Part shown: piece by piece, positions 52,861 through 62,301 of the stretch
Position numbering within the stretch: position 1 is the first letter of the stretch
How the letters are laid out: each line of letters begins with the position of its first letter
IMG/VR virus record: IMGVR_UViG_3300020045_001640
Span: 1 to 64,000 of that record
Length of the DNA: 64,000 nucleotides
Strand: one strand, 5' to 3'
From: a virus
Taxonomy: Duplodnaviria > Caudoviricetes
Program-made: the position numbers and the translations under genes
Notes under the pieces: model-generated
Database searches by the model: none
Told to the model about the DNA's origin: nothing
The model's input: only the letters and a program-made list of their open reading frames with translations

Positions 52861-55389
52861 TTAGTTTGCCCCCGCGCCGACGACGACCTTGTAGCAGTTC
52901 ACGTTATTGGTGACGAAATTAGTGTCATCAATGCCGACATGGCTTTTCACGACCGTTGCCTGCAAAATCGCCACCTTGCGAGTCGTGGTGCCGCCGTAGT
53001 GATTGATATCGCTGTTGAAGTCGAACCAATTTCCATCGGTATTGTGTTCCGTGCTGTAGCAGCCAATTGCCAGCGCGTGATTGCCATTGATCGCAATCGA
53101 GTTCTTCGAGCACTCGACCAGCAAGTGCCCGATGTACGAACCGTGCATCGCCGCTGGCAGGTTGATAGCGTTGACGCAGCCCAGCGCGATGATCGACTTC
53201 GCGCACGTATGTTCACCGAACACCACGCCGTCCGTGTAGCCAGCAACCAGAATCGTTCCGATGTTGAATTGCGCATGGTTGTTGATCGGAGGAATATGTA
53301 CACCCTTGCTGTTGACCGCGCTAGGATTCGGGCAGCTAATGATCGGCATGTTTACGTCAACCCGAATATTATCCAGCTCCACGATCTGGCTGAAATAATC
53401 CAGACCCAGTGCGCTCATCGGGTTGGCACCGCTATCGACCTTGGTGCGGAAGCCCATATTGCGGAAACCTATGTTCGTATAGTTCCAGCGCATGCCGCTC
53501 GGGTCAGATGCGGAGCCAATCTCGCCGCGCAGGAGATACGACCCGGCATTCCCGACGATGGTAGACTCGAAAATGGTCCCATTGGTCGTGACAGGCATCG
53601 ACAGCAGCCCCTGCATTTCAAGATTCGGGGGCGCGGCACCTTCAAACATAATCGTCCGGTTCGGTGCCGTCGAGAGTGTGTTGGGGATATACAGTTGTGC
53701 GTTACTGACACCACGCGCACCCGCGATCTTGAACCTGCCGTCAGGGCATTTGATGCGTGAAATGTTCTTGTCGTAAGCCTTGATGATTGCCGCCTGAATG
53801 CCAGCGGTCGAATCGGCGGTAAAGGTAGGGTCAACATCGAAGTCCCTCAAGTCGATGTAATCCTTGACAGCGAAGGCGGCAACGGCACGCGCAGGCACCG
53901 TGCAGAATACATTCTTCGCGCCGGTCGAGAATGACACCTTGGCACCCGCGCTGCTGCTGCTGAACACTACGTCGCGCGAGAGCGTGGTTGCAGTTAAGAG
54001 GGTTCCTTCACCGGATTCCCACTCAGAACCAATCGCATTTTCGATGCAATAAGGAATCTTCTTTGTACCAGTCGCATAGGCGCTGGCGAAGGTGCGGACC
54101 GAAGCGTTTGAAAGCGTCATTGTCCCTATCCCCTCGGTTGTCGTGGTGTCCTTCACGCGATCCGCGAACTGTAGTGACCTTTCAGATGAATAGGTCTGTG
54201 GCACCGCAGCAGTAGTGGTCAGTGTGGCCGACAGATGTGTAGATCGGTTTGCCGCCTCGTCAAAGGCGCGAACGCGGACGGGGTAGCTCGTGGATGCGGT
54301 CAGCCCCGTCACTGTGATCGTCAGCACATTTCCGGCGCTGGTATAGGTCGATCCATCGTTCAGGCTGTATTCATACCCTGTCACGGCAACATCATCGGAA
54401 GCTGTCGGCCACGTAAGAACCCCGCTGCCGCTAGTCTGGCCGGATACCGTTACCGTTCCAGTGAACGTAGGGGCGGTGATATCGGCGCCCGATGCCGGCG
54501 TCACGCTGTTCGATGCTGCCGATGCGGCGCTGGCGCCGATTGCATTGGTCGCCGTCACGCTGAAAGTGTAAGGCGTCCCGTTCGTCAATCCGGCCACGGC
54601 AATCGGGCTGCTTGCGCCCGTGCCAGTCAGCGCGCCCGGTGACGATGTTGCGGTATAGCCCGTAATCGCGCTGCCGCCGTCCGACGATGGCGCCGTAAAT
54701 GTGACGGTTGCCGCGCCGTTGCCAGCGGTCGCCGTGCCGATTACAGGAGCGCCGGGGGCGGTGGCCGCGTCAACCGCATCACCGGCTGAAAAGCTTCCGA
54801 TAAAGTGCTGCGTTGCTACAGCGTTGGTTTTGAACCAGACGCCGGGATAACCGGCTGCTACGACGCGTGATGCTGAAGTGTCATCTGCTGTTGCAACAGT
54901 CACCCCATTGACTTTAAGGGCAAGCGTAACCGTAGCGCCGGAGCCGACCACGGTTAGCTCGCACGAATAGTACGTTGCTGTTGTTAGTGTGTAGGTGGAG
55001 GATGCCGCGAGCAACGTGGTCGCCAAGGCAGCGCCAAGGCGGTACAACTCCCATTTGCTTGTGGTTTGCTGGTACACCGCCATATAGCCGGCGTTTCCTG
55101 CTGCGTTCAGGCGCGCAGCAGCACCGATGGACGAAAGTGCTGCGATGGAGTCTACATACTGCGTCCAGCTAATCTTTACGTCTGCTGCCGGCGCAATTGT
55201 TGATGCTTTCCACAGTTGCGATGCGCCAGACCCGGAACATATCACGCCGCCGTGCGCTGTGTACACTCCAGGAGAGGTGGCATTTCCACCCCAAACGGCC
55301 CAAGTGCCGCCACTATCGGAGGTGTGCGACGTGAGCAGTGTGTTGTTGACCGCTTCTGTAAAGGTATCGTTGAAAAACGTAGTCATCAT
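52861..55389 (-). CDS. modular fibre/spike: lectin-like + 2 Fn3 + anchor-like domain + beta-helix (pectate-lyase-like)
   Basis: APGAP..GTATAGN...V.FTAP..DGGS.ITGY; FADRVKDTTTT.G.GT.TL; DSTAGIQAAI. Confidence 0.75.
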   Translation of the reverse strand: MMTTFFNDTFTEAVNNTLLTSHTSDSGGTWAVWGGNATSPGVYTAHGGVICSGSGASQLWKASTIAPAADVKISWTQYVDSIAALSSIGAAARLNAAGNAGYMAVYQQTTSKWELYRLGAALATTLLAASSTYTLTTATYYSCELTVVGSGATVTLALKVNGVTVATADDTSASRVVAAGYPGVWFKTNAVATQHFIGSFSAGDAVDAATAPGAPVIGTATAGNGAATVTFTAPSSDGGSAITGYTATSSPGALTGTGASSPIAVAGLTNGTPYTFSVTATNAIGASAASAASNSVTPASGADITAPTFTGTVTVSGQTSGSGVLTWPTASDDVAVTGYEYSLNDGSTYTSAGNVLTITVTGLTASTSYPVRVRAFDEAANRSTHLSATLTTTAAVPQTYSSERSLQFADRVKDTTTTEGIGTMTLSNASVRTFASAYATGTKKIPYCIENAIGSEWESGEGTLLTATTLSRDVVFSSSSAGAKVSFSTGAKNVFCTVPARAVAAFAVKDYIDLRDFDVDPTFTADSTAGIQAAIIKAYDKNISRIKCPDGRFKIAGARGVSNAQLYIPNTLSTAPNRTIMFEGAAPPNLEMQGLLSMPVTTNGTIFESTIVGNAGSYLLRGEIGSASDPSGMRWNYTNIGFRNMGFRTKVDSGANPMSALGLDYFSQIVELDNIRVDVNMPIISCPNPSAVNSKGVHIPPINNHAQFNIGTILVAGYTDGVVFGEHTCAKSIIALGCVNAINLPAAMHGSYIGHLLVECSKNSIAINGNHALAIGCYSTEHNTDGNWFDFNSDINHYGGTTTRKVAILQATVVKSHVGIDDTNFVTNNVNCYKVVVGAGAN

Positions 55390-55423
55390 GCCCCTCGGCT
55401 ATTCGTGTGTGTGGACAACTTGC

Positions 55424-55918
55424 TTAAGCGGTTGTATTGCCAGTTGCGCGCAGGGTAAAGCCATCGGCAAATGCCGTAGCCCCTGCAAGGGTAGTGCGGC
55501 GCAGCCACACGGAACGGCCTTGACCGGCAGGAATGTCGCCCAAAGCCACGCCAGCACCTTGAGTTGCGGCAGAGGCAAAGGTGACCCCAGCCGGTGCAGC
55601 ATTTTCATCTACAACGGTCTGTTCAGTTGCATTGATGGCAGCGGTGCCGACACCCACATCGACGGAGGTGGATACCGATGGGGTGTCGGCCGGGAGCCAC
55701 AAGACTGCGCCAGTGAGGGTCAAGGTTGCATGGGCGTTATGCACGTAGATGCAGCGATACTCAACGTCTCCAGCGGTTGATTCGGCGGAGCTAACATCAT
55801 CAAAGATGGACGCAGAAGCAGCAGTGCTAGACTTAGCCCCACCAAGGGATGCTGCTTGTACAGCATTGGATGCACCACCAGAGAGGCGGAAAATGATGTC
55901 AGTAGTGAGGATTGCCAT
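55424..55918 (-). CDS. virion structural protein
   Basis: FRLSGG.SN....SLGG, EYRCIYV.N, VWLRR. Confidence 0.7.
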   Translation of the reverse strand: MAILTTDIIFRLSGGASNAVQAASLGGAKSSTAASASIFDDVSSAESTAGDVEYRCIYVHNAHATLTLTGAVLWLPADTPSVSTSVDVGVGTAAINATEQTVVDENAAPAGVTFASAATQGAGVALGDIPAGQGRSVWLRRTTLAGATAFADGFTLRATGNTTA

Positions 55919-55930
55919 TTGTGTATTTCC

Positions 55931-56110
55931 TTATTGTTTAGTTCGTTCGATTAACATTTGAATCAAGTCTTCATCAGACTCACAACTATTTATTTGTTCT
56001 CTGTCTAGTGCCACATTCTTCTTATTTACTGTTACAATAAGGAAGATTTCTCCATTGTCCTCTTTAGCCCATTCACGGATATCTAGTAATATTGTTTGTA
56101 GTAATGTCAT
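55931..56110 (-). CDS. small hypothetical protein
   Basis: ATG 56110 directly follows the upstream stop. Confidence 0.55.
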   Translation of the reverse strand: MTLLQTILLDIREWAKEDNGEIFLIVTVNKKNVALDREQINSCESDEDLIQMLIERTKQ

Positions 56111-56111
56111 A

Positions 56112-56510
56112 CTAACGCCTAAGCATGAAGTTGTAGACAATGGCAGAAGCACCGTTAGGGTTCAATTCTGTCATTGCCACAACTGTATAGGTGACACTCC
56201 CTACAACAATCTTGTCAGTTCCTGGTGTAATGACTAGAGGTGTCTCGTAAGAGTCTTCTCGTTCAGGTGGAAGGATATAAGCCTCCTTATCACCCTGTGA
56301 CACTAGGCTTCCGAACTTTGTAGAGAAGCCTGAAGAGTTACGTATCAAGTCAAGCATAATGGCTTGGCAAGGCGTCTCTACAGTTGTTGGTACGTATTCA
56401 CCAGAGGAGTAGTTCTGAGTGCCACCAGTAGTTTGTACGTATGTTACAGTTAGGGGATCGTCCCTGAAGAACTCTAGGATTGATCCTCCGAAGTCGTCCC
56501 ATGCGCTCAT
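56112..56510 (-). CDS. head closure/stopper protein
   Basis: Position; QGDKE.YI.P, D.I.VG..Y.V. Confidence 0.65.
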   Translation of the reverse strand: MSAWDDFGGSILEFFRDDPLTVTYVQTTGGTQNYSSGEYVPTTVETPCQAIMLDLIRNSSGFSTKFGSLVSQGDKEAYILPPEREDSYETPLVITPGTDKIVVGSVTYTVVAMTELNPNGASAIVYNFMLRR

Positions 56511-56950
56511 TAGAAGCCCCAACCAGTGCGTGAGTTATCATTAGGGGAGGTGTCTGCCATGCGTGCTAGGGATTGACTCTCTGTGCCATTTGTATAAGCA
56601 GCATTCCAGTTTGCTTGGAAGTCAAGGATTGGGGAAAAGTCTGCTGTAGCTGCGTATGGTAGAGGGCTAACATCCATGAAGGCTGGATTTGTGTAAGCCA
56701 ACAACAAGAAGGCACGATAGGCTGTTGCCGCATCGCTCCCATATACTTCAAGCTGGTTCATACGCCTACGAGTCTTGTGTGAGAGCATCCCCAACACATA
56801 CATTGCACAACTCTTAGCAGCCTTTGGGAGATTACCTCCACAGTCGTCTAGTGTTGCTTGGATTACGCTATCAGCTAGGTAAGGGATGTCACTAACGTCT
56901 GCAATTCTCAAACGGATACGACCGATATCTGAGGTGGGATCAATTACCAT
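56510..56950 (-). CDS. head-tail adaptor protein
   Basis: IGRIRL.I.D....YL.D..I; follows the capsid gene. Confidence 0.7.
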   Translation of the reverse strand: MVIDPTSDIGRIRLRIADVSDIPYLADSVIQATLDDCGGNLPKAAKSCAMYVLGMLSHKTRRRMNQLEVYGSDAATAYRAFLLLAYTNPAFMDVSPLPYAATADFSPILDFQANWNAAYTNGTESQSLARMADTSPNDNSRTGWGF

Positions 56951-57003
56951 TGAGTTTCCTTTATATTCTATTTATGTACTCGGAGGAATACATAAGTGGA
57001 ATA

Positions 57004-57021
57004 GGCCCGCGTTAGCGGGCC
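57004..57021 (-). terminator. GC hairpin
   Basis: ggcccgc-gtta-gcgggcc. Confidence 0.55.
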
Positions 57022-57026
57022 GTAGT

Positions 57027-57752
57027 CTAAGCGTAGCCTCTTAGAATCTCTTGATGTACAAACTTCTTAAAGTCGTCTAGATTGACGTTGATGAAACACT
57101 CAGAGTATCCGTCGAACTTTGCGTCAGGTTGTACATGAGTTTTTCTCAAGGCTCTCAAGACTCTTTGCTCAATTTCATGAGCTTCTTTGCCGTTGTAGAA
57201 CAGCCAGTCTGCCACTACTGCAAAATCCTCACCAGAGCTTTTAGAGATGGATTTGGCACGATCTTTAGGCTTACGATTTGTGATACCTACCTTAACTATG
57301 CTGTCGCTTGCGAGAACGTATAAATGGCCCTCTTTACCCGAGTTGTAGCCAGTCTTGGCGCAACAAGGACAACCTGCTCCACCCAAGTGGGCATTAGGGG
57401 TTTGATTGAAAGTGGTCTGGCAAGTGTTACAACTGATTCTAACTTTACACATTGCACGCTCGTAGACAACATCAGAGTAGTTGTAGGCAACTCCATTCAA
57501 ATCTTCTGCTGCCTTACAGAAGCTTGCTGTATCACCAGCCAGCTTGTTCACTGTGCGACTTGTGCCACACTTCTTGCAACCACCCATACTAAAATGCGAA
57601 TTAGGAGTCTGTTCAAACATGCCGTGTACAGGGCAGATAATCTTTAATTTAGTCTTTGCATCTACGTATAGCGACAGACTATAATCATAGAAGTTGTTAT
57701 ACTTCTTAGAACCTTTAATCTCGAAACCCTCTTGTGTCAGCTTCTTAGGCAC
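57027..57752 (-). CDS. free-standing endonuclease: CPVHG repeat plus GIY-YIG/T5orf172-like domain
   Basis: LYVL..IVKVGITN..R; DGYSECF; SD AAGGAG plus GTG. Confidence 0.75.
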   Translation of the reverse strand: MPKKLTQEGFEIKGSKKYNNFYDYSLSLYVDAKTKLKIICPVHGMFEQTPNSHFSMGGCKKCGTSRTVNKLAGDTASFCKAAEDLNGVAYNYSDVVYERAMCKVRISCNTCQTTFNQTPNAHLGGAGCPCCAKTGYNSGKEGHLYVLASDSIVKVGITNRKPKDRAKSISKSSGEDFAVVADWLFYNGKEAHEIEQRVLRALRKTHVQPDAKFDGYSECFINVNLDDFKKFVHQEILRGYA

Positions 57753-57768
57753 TGAATCTCCTTATTAG

Positions 57769-57808
57769 TGTAGCCACCAAGTATAACACCGAGTAGCTAC
57801 AATGTAAA
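57769..57808 (-). promoter_or_regulatory. promoter TTTACA-17-TATACT with the -10 at the apex of a long imperfect hairpin
   Basis: tgtagc...gctaca arms plus G-U pairs on the minus strand. Confidence 0.6.
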
Positions 57809-57815
57809 GAGACTA

Positions 57816-57832
57816 GCCGGTAGTTACCCGGC
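57816..57832 (-). terminator. hairpin after the major capsid gene
   Basis: gccgg-tagttac-ccggc, outer agact/agtct. Confidence 0.5.
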
Positions 57833-57850
57833 AAAGTCTTCTTAACTTAC

Positions 57851-58885
57851 TTAGTTGGACGAGAACACACGAACCACAGCTTGAGGGCGCAGGAGGGCGC
57901 TGATGCTATTGCACTCCGTCTCAATCGTGATCTTCGTGCCGTTCGATTCAGCTTGCTCAAAGGCGTACATCTTCTCGCCTTGAGTGTTGACCAGACCAAA
58001 GCGTTCTGCTGGAGCGAAGTAGGTGCGGAACATGTCCGAACCCGTAGGAACTGCAACACCTTCCGAAGCAGTAACAATCTTCGTGCCGTTGTAGCTATCA
58101 CGAACTTCACGGAAAGTGACGCCACCGAAGTAGAACTCACGACCCATTGGCAGTGGCGAACCGTTAGCAGCCAAGCGACCACGCATTGGATCAGTACCTT
58201 GTTGCAGGTTCTGTGCGTATGTGTATGCCGCTTTTACTGCCGCGTGTTGAATCAGTTTCTGGAACAGTGCCGTATCGCAAGGGATAACAATACCGTTGAA
58301 TACACCGTTACCCCCCATACCGTTTTGCACAGCAACGATGATGTCTTCAATCTTAGCCAAAACCTCAGTGGTGGATGTGCCCAACACCAGATCGACCTCT
58401 GGACGAGTCACATTGAACTCCGTGTTCCAGTTTTGTACGACAGTACCGTTTGGGGCGTAGACAGTTGCCGAGAACAGTGCTTGAGCGCGAGCTTTGTTAA
58501 GCGTCCAATCGTGATTCTGGCGCAGACGGATCAGCTTGCGTTGACGCACTGCATCCAGTTGCTCAACTTCGTTGAAGTTGTCATAGGCCGACTTTGCAAC
58601 CAAGTCTTTTGGCGAAATGAAGTCGTCCAAAGGGAAATGTGGCACTGCAAAAGTGTGCAGCTTGCGGCTACCCTCTTTGCTAACAGTGTTCTTCTCACCG
58701 CGAACACGGTCAACGATCAGAGCACCGTCTTGCGTGGTTTCTTCAAACATCACCGAGTCACTGGCAACGCCTTCTTCAGAGAAGATACCCATTTGATTGA
58801 AAGTACCCCATTGGATAGGGATGTTACGTACAGCCGATGTCAGATCAACTACATCGAAGTTATTACTTGGGCTACGAATAAGCAT
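57851..58885 (-). CDS. major capsid protein (Phage_cap_E-like)
   Basis: 344 aa, PHFPLDD.I.P.D, strong codon bias, head-gene order. Confidence 0.9.
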   Translation of the reverse strand: MLIRSPSNNFDVVDLTSAVRNIPIQWGTFNQMGIFSEEGVASDSVMFEETTQDGALIVDRVRGEKNTVSKEGSRKLHTFAVPHFPLDDFISPKDLVAKSAYDNFNEVEQLDAVRQRKLIRLRQNHDWTLNKARAQALFSATVYAPNGTVVQNWNTEFNVTRPEVDLVLGTSTTEVLAKIEDIIVAVQNGMGGNGVFNGIVIPCDTALFQKLIQHAAVKAAYTYAQNLQQGTDPMRGRLAANGSPLPMGREFYFGGVTFREVRDSYNGTKIVTASEGVAVPTGSDMFRTYFAPAERFGLVNTQGEKMYAFEQAESNGTKITIETECNSISALLRPQAVVRVFSSN

Positions 58886-58900
58886 TGTATTTCCTTAAAA

Positions 58901-59317
58901 TTAGATAGTGGTCAGAACGTCGATACCGGCAGCAGCCAGTTGACCTTGTGCGGTAGTCGTCAGAGCACCGGCAGTAATCGAAGCGCCATACGTCAGGGAC
59001 GTATCAGCAACACCGACAGGGCCACGGTAGATAACCAAGAACTTAGTGTCCGTGGTAGCAGCCATAACGGTCGAGTTAGGCTTGCCAGTAGCATCACCAA
59101 CAACTACGACAGCAGCAACTTGCGAGCCATCAACAGCCGAAGTTTCCACAACTTTGTACTTACCAGTGGCAGTCACCAGACCGAGAACCGTGCCGATTGG
59201 CAGAGTAGCGGCAGGGCCATTGACAGTAACCATCTTCTTGCAGAAGCCCTTTTCGGCCCACAGTTCGTACTTGACTACGTTAGAGTAGTGCTGGGTTTCT
59301 GTAGCGATAACAGTCAT
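58901..59317 (-). CDS. head decoration protein
   Basis: GTVLG..TA.GKY; precedes the capsid gene. Confidence 0.8.
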   Translation of the reverse strand: MTVIATETQHYSNVVKYELWAEKGFCKKMVTVNGPAATLPIGTVLGLVTATGKYKVVETSAVDGSQVAAVVVVGDATGKPNSTVMAATTDTKFLVIYRGPVGVADTSLTYGASITAGALTTTAQGQLAAAGIDVLTTI

Positions 59318-59328
59318 TTTATTTCCTT

Positions 59329-59847
59329 TTATTTAACGTTAAATTGTGCGGCAAGCGATGCTGCCAGTTTTTGTACAGCGTCTTGCTCTACAGGTGCTAC
59401 TTCAGCCGATACACCAGCCTCTTTAAACATTGCGCTATTAGCCTCAGCTTCATAACTAGCAGCATACGTACCAAGAACTGTCTCGAATGTTGCGTCATCA
59501 AGGTTTTCCAGAGCAGCGGCTACGCCGGGAGCTTTAGTCGTGCCCATGATTGCTTCCAGCTTCTCTTGACGAGTTGCTAGCACTTTAGCTTTAGCAGTTG
59601 CTTGCAAAGCAGCCTTATCAGCTTCAATTGCGGAGAGTTGAGATTGTGCTTCGGCATACTTTGTAGTAAGCTCTGCGAGTTGCGCTTCAACAGCACTAAA
59701 GGCTTCAGTTTGGGAAGCCATTTGAGCTACCAATGCCGAAAACTCTGCTGTGTTAGGGACAGCAAGCGTTTCGGCCTGCTCTTGTGGTTCTACCATCGTT
59801 ACTACCTCTTGTGGTGCGTTGAAAAATCGTTGCAAGCTCTTAAGCAT
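59329..59847 (-). CDS. scaffolding protein
   Basis: Ala/Glu coiled coil between protease and decoration genes; SD AAGGA. Confidence 0.7.
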   Translation of the reverse strand: MLKSLQRFFNAPQEVVTMVEPQEQAETLAVPNTAEFSALVAQMASQTEAFSAVEAQLAELTTKYAEAQSQLSAIEADKAALQATAKAKVLATRQEKLEAIMGTTKAPGVAAALENLDDATFETVLGTYAASYEAEANSAMFKEAGVSAEVAPVEQDAVQKLAASLAAQFNVK

Positions 59848-60682
59848 GTTTCTTTCCTTTACCCATCTCAGCCAAATGTTTGGCGAATTGTTTGTGATCT
59901 TGAATACTGTTGACCAGCCCTGCTTCAAGTGCAGCCTCTGCGTGGTACATCTTTGCATTCATAGCGAGGATGTCTTCAACAGGAAGTCCTGTATATTTAC
60001 TGACATGCTCTGCGAATTGCGCACCAAGCCTTGTAACGTCTGCTTGAATACCTTCTAAGAAGTCCTTGGAAAATGCACCACTAGCTTCAAAAGGAGTCTT
60101 ACCTTCTGAGCTTGCTATATAGATTGGCTTCAAACCAGCATTATCTAGTGCTTTGCTTTGATCCATCAGGCATACAACGCAACCTATGCTGCCAGTAGAA
60201 GCACTAGGGTGAATAACTACCTCGTCGGCTGCAATACCAATTGCAAGTGAAGCGGAAGCGGAATAAGTGTCAATGTAAGATACCCACGTAACACCTGCTT
60301 CGTCACACATCTCTCGCAGATCGGATGCTGTTGCAAAACAATGTGCTGCCTCACCACCACCACTAGAATGTACTGTAACGAGTGTGGAGATTCCTTCGTC
60401 AATAAGCATCTGAGCTTGCTCTAGGATGCCTTTGTAGCTTGTACCAACGTCGCCACAGATGCCGTCAACGGGTTGGTAAGTAAGAGCACCATCAATCTTA
60501 ATCTCGCCAATACTGCCCATCTTCGTAGGCTTTACAGCCTCTTTAGAGCCAGCCACAACTGTGCTTGACAGTTGTGTATTACGGTTGTGGAGATAATCTA
60601 AGATTGGTGACAGCGCTTCTTGTGTGATAAGGTGAGGGACTGAATACAGCCGTGATGTGAAGCGTAGTAGGTTATGTGCCAT
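59840..60682 (-). CDS. prohead protease (S49/SppA-like)
   Basis: SGGG, ASAS..IG, TGSIG, A.EAGLV..I. Confidence 0.85.
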   Translation of the reverse strand: MAHNLLRFTSRLYSVPHLITQEALSPILDYLHNRNTQLSSTVVAGSKEAVKPTKMGSIGEIKIDGALTYQPVDGICGDVGTSYKGILEQAQMLIDEGISTLVTVHSSGGGEAAHCFATASDLREMCDEAGVTWVSYIDTYSASASLAIGIAADEVVIHPSASTGSIGCVVCLMDQSKALDNAGLKPIYIASSEGKTPFEASGAFSKDFLEGIQADVTRLGAQFAEHVSKYTGLPVEDILAMNAKMYHAEAALEAGLVNSIQDHKQFAKHLAEMGKGKKHA

Positions 60683-60690
60683 GTGTTCCT

Positions 60691-62214
60691 TTATGCTGTG
60701 TTGTCCGCGTTTCGCGCACTATTATCTTGACCACCGGGCTTTTTAGCAGTACCATCACCTGTAACGCCTACTGCCATACCTTCACCAGCACTAGAAGATT
60801 TACCGGCAAGCGTTGTGGACAGATTATCTTGGTCAATCGGATCATCTTCAGGTTTCAACTCAAAGCCACCAACTTCACGAATCTTGTTCATGACGCCACG
60901 ATCCATTTCCAGACCACCAACAGACATGACACGCTGAATGTATTTTGAGAATTCTTCCAAGCTGACAGAACTAACGTCCTTAAACTTTATCTTCGGAAGT
61001 CGTTCAGTATTCCAGCCATTCAAGCGCCACAAAAGTGGAACCAATTCTTGATTGAGGGTACTGGCAATCTCAGACAAGCGATAAGCCACTTGCAAAGCCA
61101 ACAGGTTTGTGCCAGAGTCTTGCAATGACAAAGAACCACCGTCTGTACCCATTGAGATTGAATCACAAGAGAGTACGCTGAGAATATTTGCTTGGAGCAT
61201 TTTGACAATAGCTGGCAAGTCGTATGCTTTACCTTGCTTTTGTTCCAATAAAGAGAAATGGAATAAGTCTTGCTTCGTATTTTCATCAACCATCTTGGGG
61301 AAGATGATACCGCGAGAAGTGCCGTCTGCTACACTGTTCAGAATTGTCTGAGTAGCTGTGTAAACTGCTTTGTCCTCTGGGCTTGCATTAGAATCGAGAT
61401 ATCTAGGGGGCAACTGAGCAAAAGGAATTCCAGAGGTGTCCTTAGCCACGCCCATCATCATATGTTCGTTCAGAAGCGTTAGCATCTTGTGTGCGAGATA
61501 CGCAGAACGAAGAATACTTGTACCTTCTGGATTGTCATTTGCGGGGTCACAACGGAACAAGACGAACTTATCACGAGGAATAACGATCAAGCCGTTCTCG
61601 TCTGTCAGGTTCTTAAAGCGATAGTTGTTCTCTACATTTACGATTGATTGCGAGATACTTACAAGTGTTCTACCATCCTCACTAAAGTTCCACTTGGCAA
61701 TAGAGTTCTGAGGACGATTCTTAAGTCCTACCAAACCGATCAGGCCGTCATTCCACTTGGAGCCGTTCTTTGTGAGACGACGACGAAACACCATCTCGTG
61801 AACACTATGACCATATTCTTTGTATGTGCTGATAGACTGCATCGTGGCTTGCCATGAGTTATCCATGTCAGCTAGTACAGATGTCAAGTAGTCTCTGCGG
61901 GATTTCTCTGTCTCAGTCTCACCGTTGACAGGTTCTACGTACACATCAGCGCGGTTCATCAGAACGTTAATTGCTTGCAGGCCAATTGCCACTGGAGGTG
62001 AGTACTTCATCTCCGCAACAACTTTAAGCATGTTCGGGTAGGTGAAAGCAGAGTTGGACTCTTCAAGCATCTTACCAGAGCGTGTCTTCAGTACTGCAAA
62101 GCCCACCTCCCCAAGCCGCATACGCGGGACACTTGTGCCTTCGTCTGGTGCAGTATTATCAACAGGAGCGTTCGCTTGCGAAGCACCTTCCGGCGCAGTC
62201 TTTTTCCTTGCCAT
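60691..62214 (-). CDS. portal protein
   Basis: 507 aa directly after TerL; YGHSVHE, NPEG.S.LR. Confidence 0.85.
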   Translation of the reverse strand: MARKKTAPEGASQANAPVDNTAPDEGTSVPRMRLGEVGFAVLKTRSGKMLEESNSAFTYPNMLKVVAEMKYSPPVAIGLQAINVLMNRADVYVEPVNGETETEKSRRDYLTSVLADMDNSWQATMQSISTYKEYGHSVHEMVFRRRLTKNGSKWNDGLIGLVGLKNRPQNSIAKWNFSEDGRTLVSISQSIVNVENNYRFKNLTDENGLIVIPRDKFVLFRCDPANDNPEGTSILRSAYLAHKMLTLLNEHMMMGVAKDTSGIPFAQLPPRYLDSNASPEDKAVYTATQTILNSVADGTSRGIIFPKMVDENTKQDLFHFSLLEQKQGKAYDLPAIVKMLQANILSVLSCDSISMGTDGGSLSLQDSGTNLLALQVAYRLSEIASTLNQELVPLLWRLNGWNTERLPKIKFKDVSSVSLEEFSKYIQRVMSVGGLEMDRGVMNKIREVGGFELKPEDDPIDQDNLSTTLAGKSSSAGEGMAVGVTGDGTAKKPGGQDNSARNADNTA

Positions 62215-62260
62215 AAAGGGCTTCCTTGTGTTAGAATGCCTTGAGGCATAATTTAATGTT

Positions 62261-62293
62261 GCGCATTATAACCTACTGATGGTTGTTTGTCAA
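62261..62293 (-). promoter_or_regulatory. promoter TTGACA-17-TATAAT(GCGC)
   Basis: Hexamers at 62293-62288 and 62270-62265. Confidence 0.8.
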
Positions 62294-62301
62294 TAGGCTA
62301 T

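Noticed and set aside
52939-53760. 273-aa plus-strand ORF and many other short ORFs in the GC-rich islands
   Set aside because: High GC lowers stop frequency; they are antisense to a coherent fibre gene
57881-59455. 524-aa plus-strand ORF antisense to the capsid and decoration genes
   Set aside because: The two real genes are in the same frame and avoid TTA/CTA/TCA codons, which removes antisense stops. No SD, promoter or protein-like motifs.
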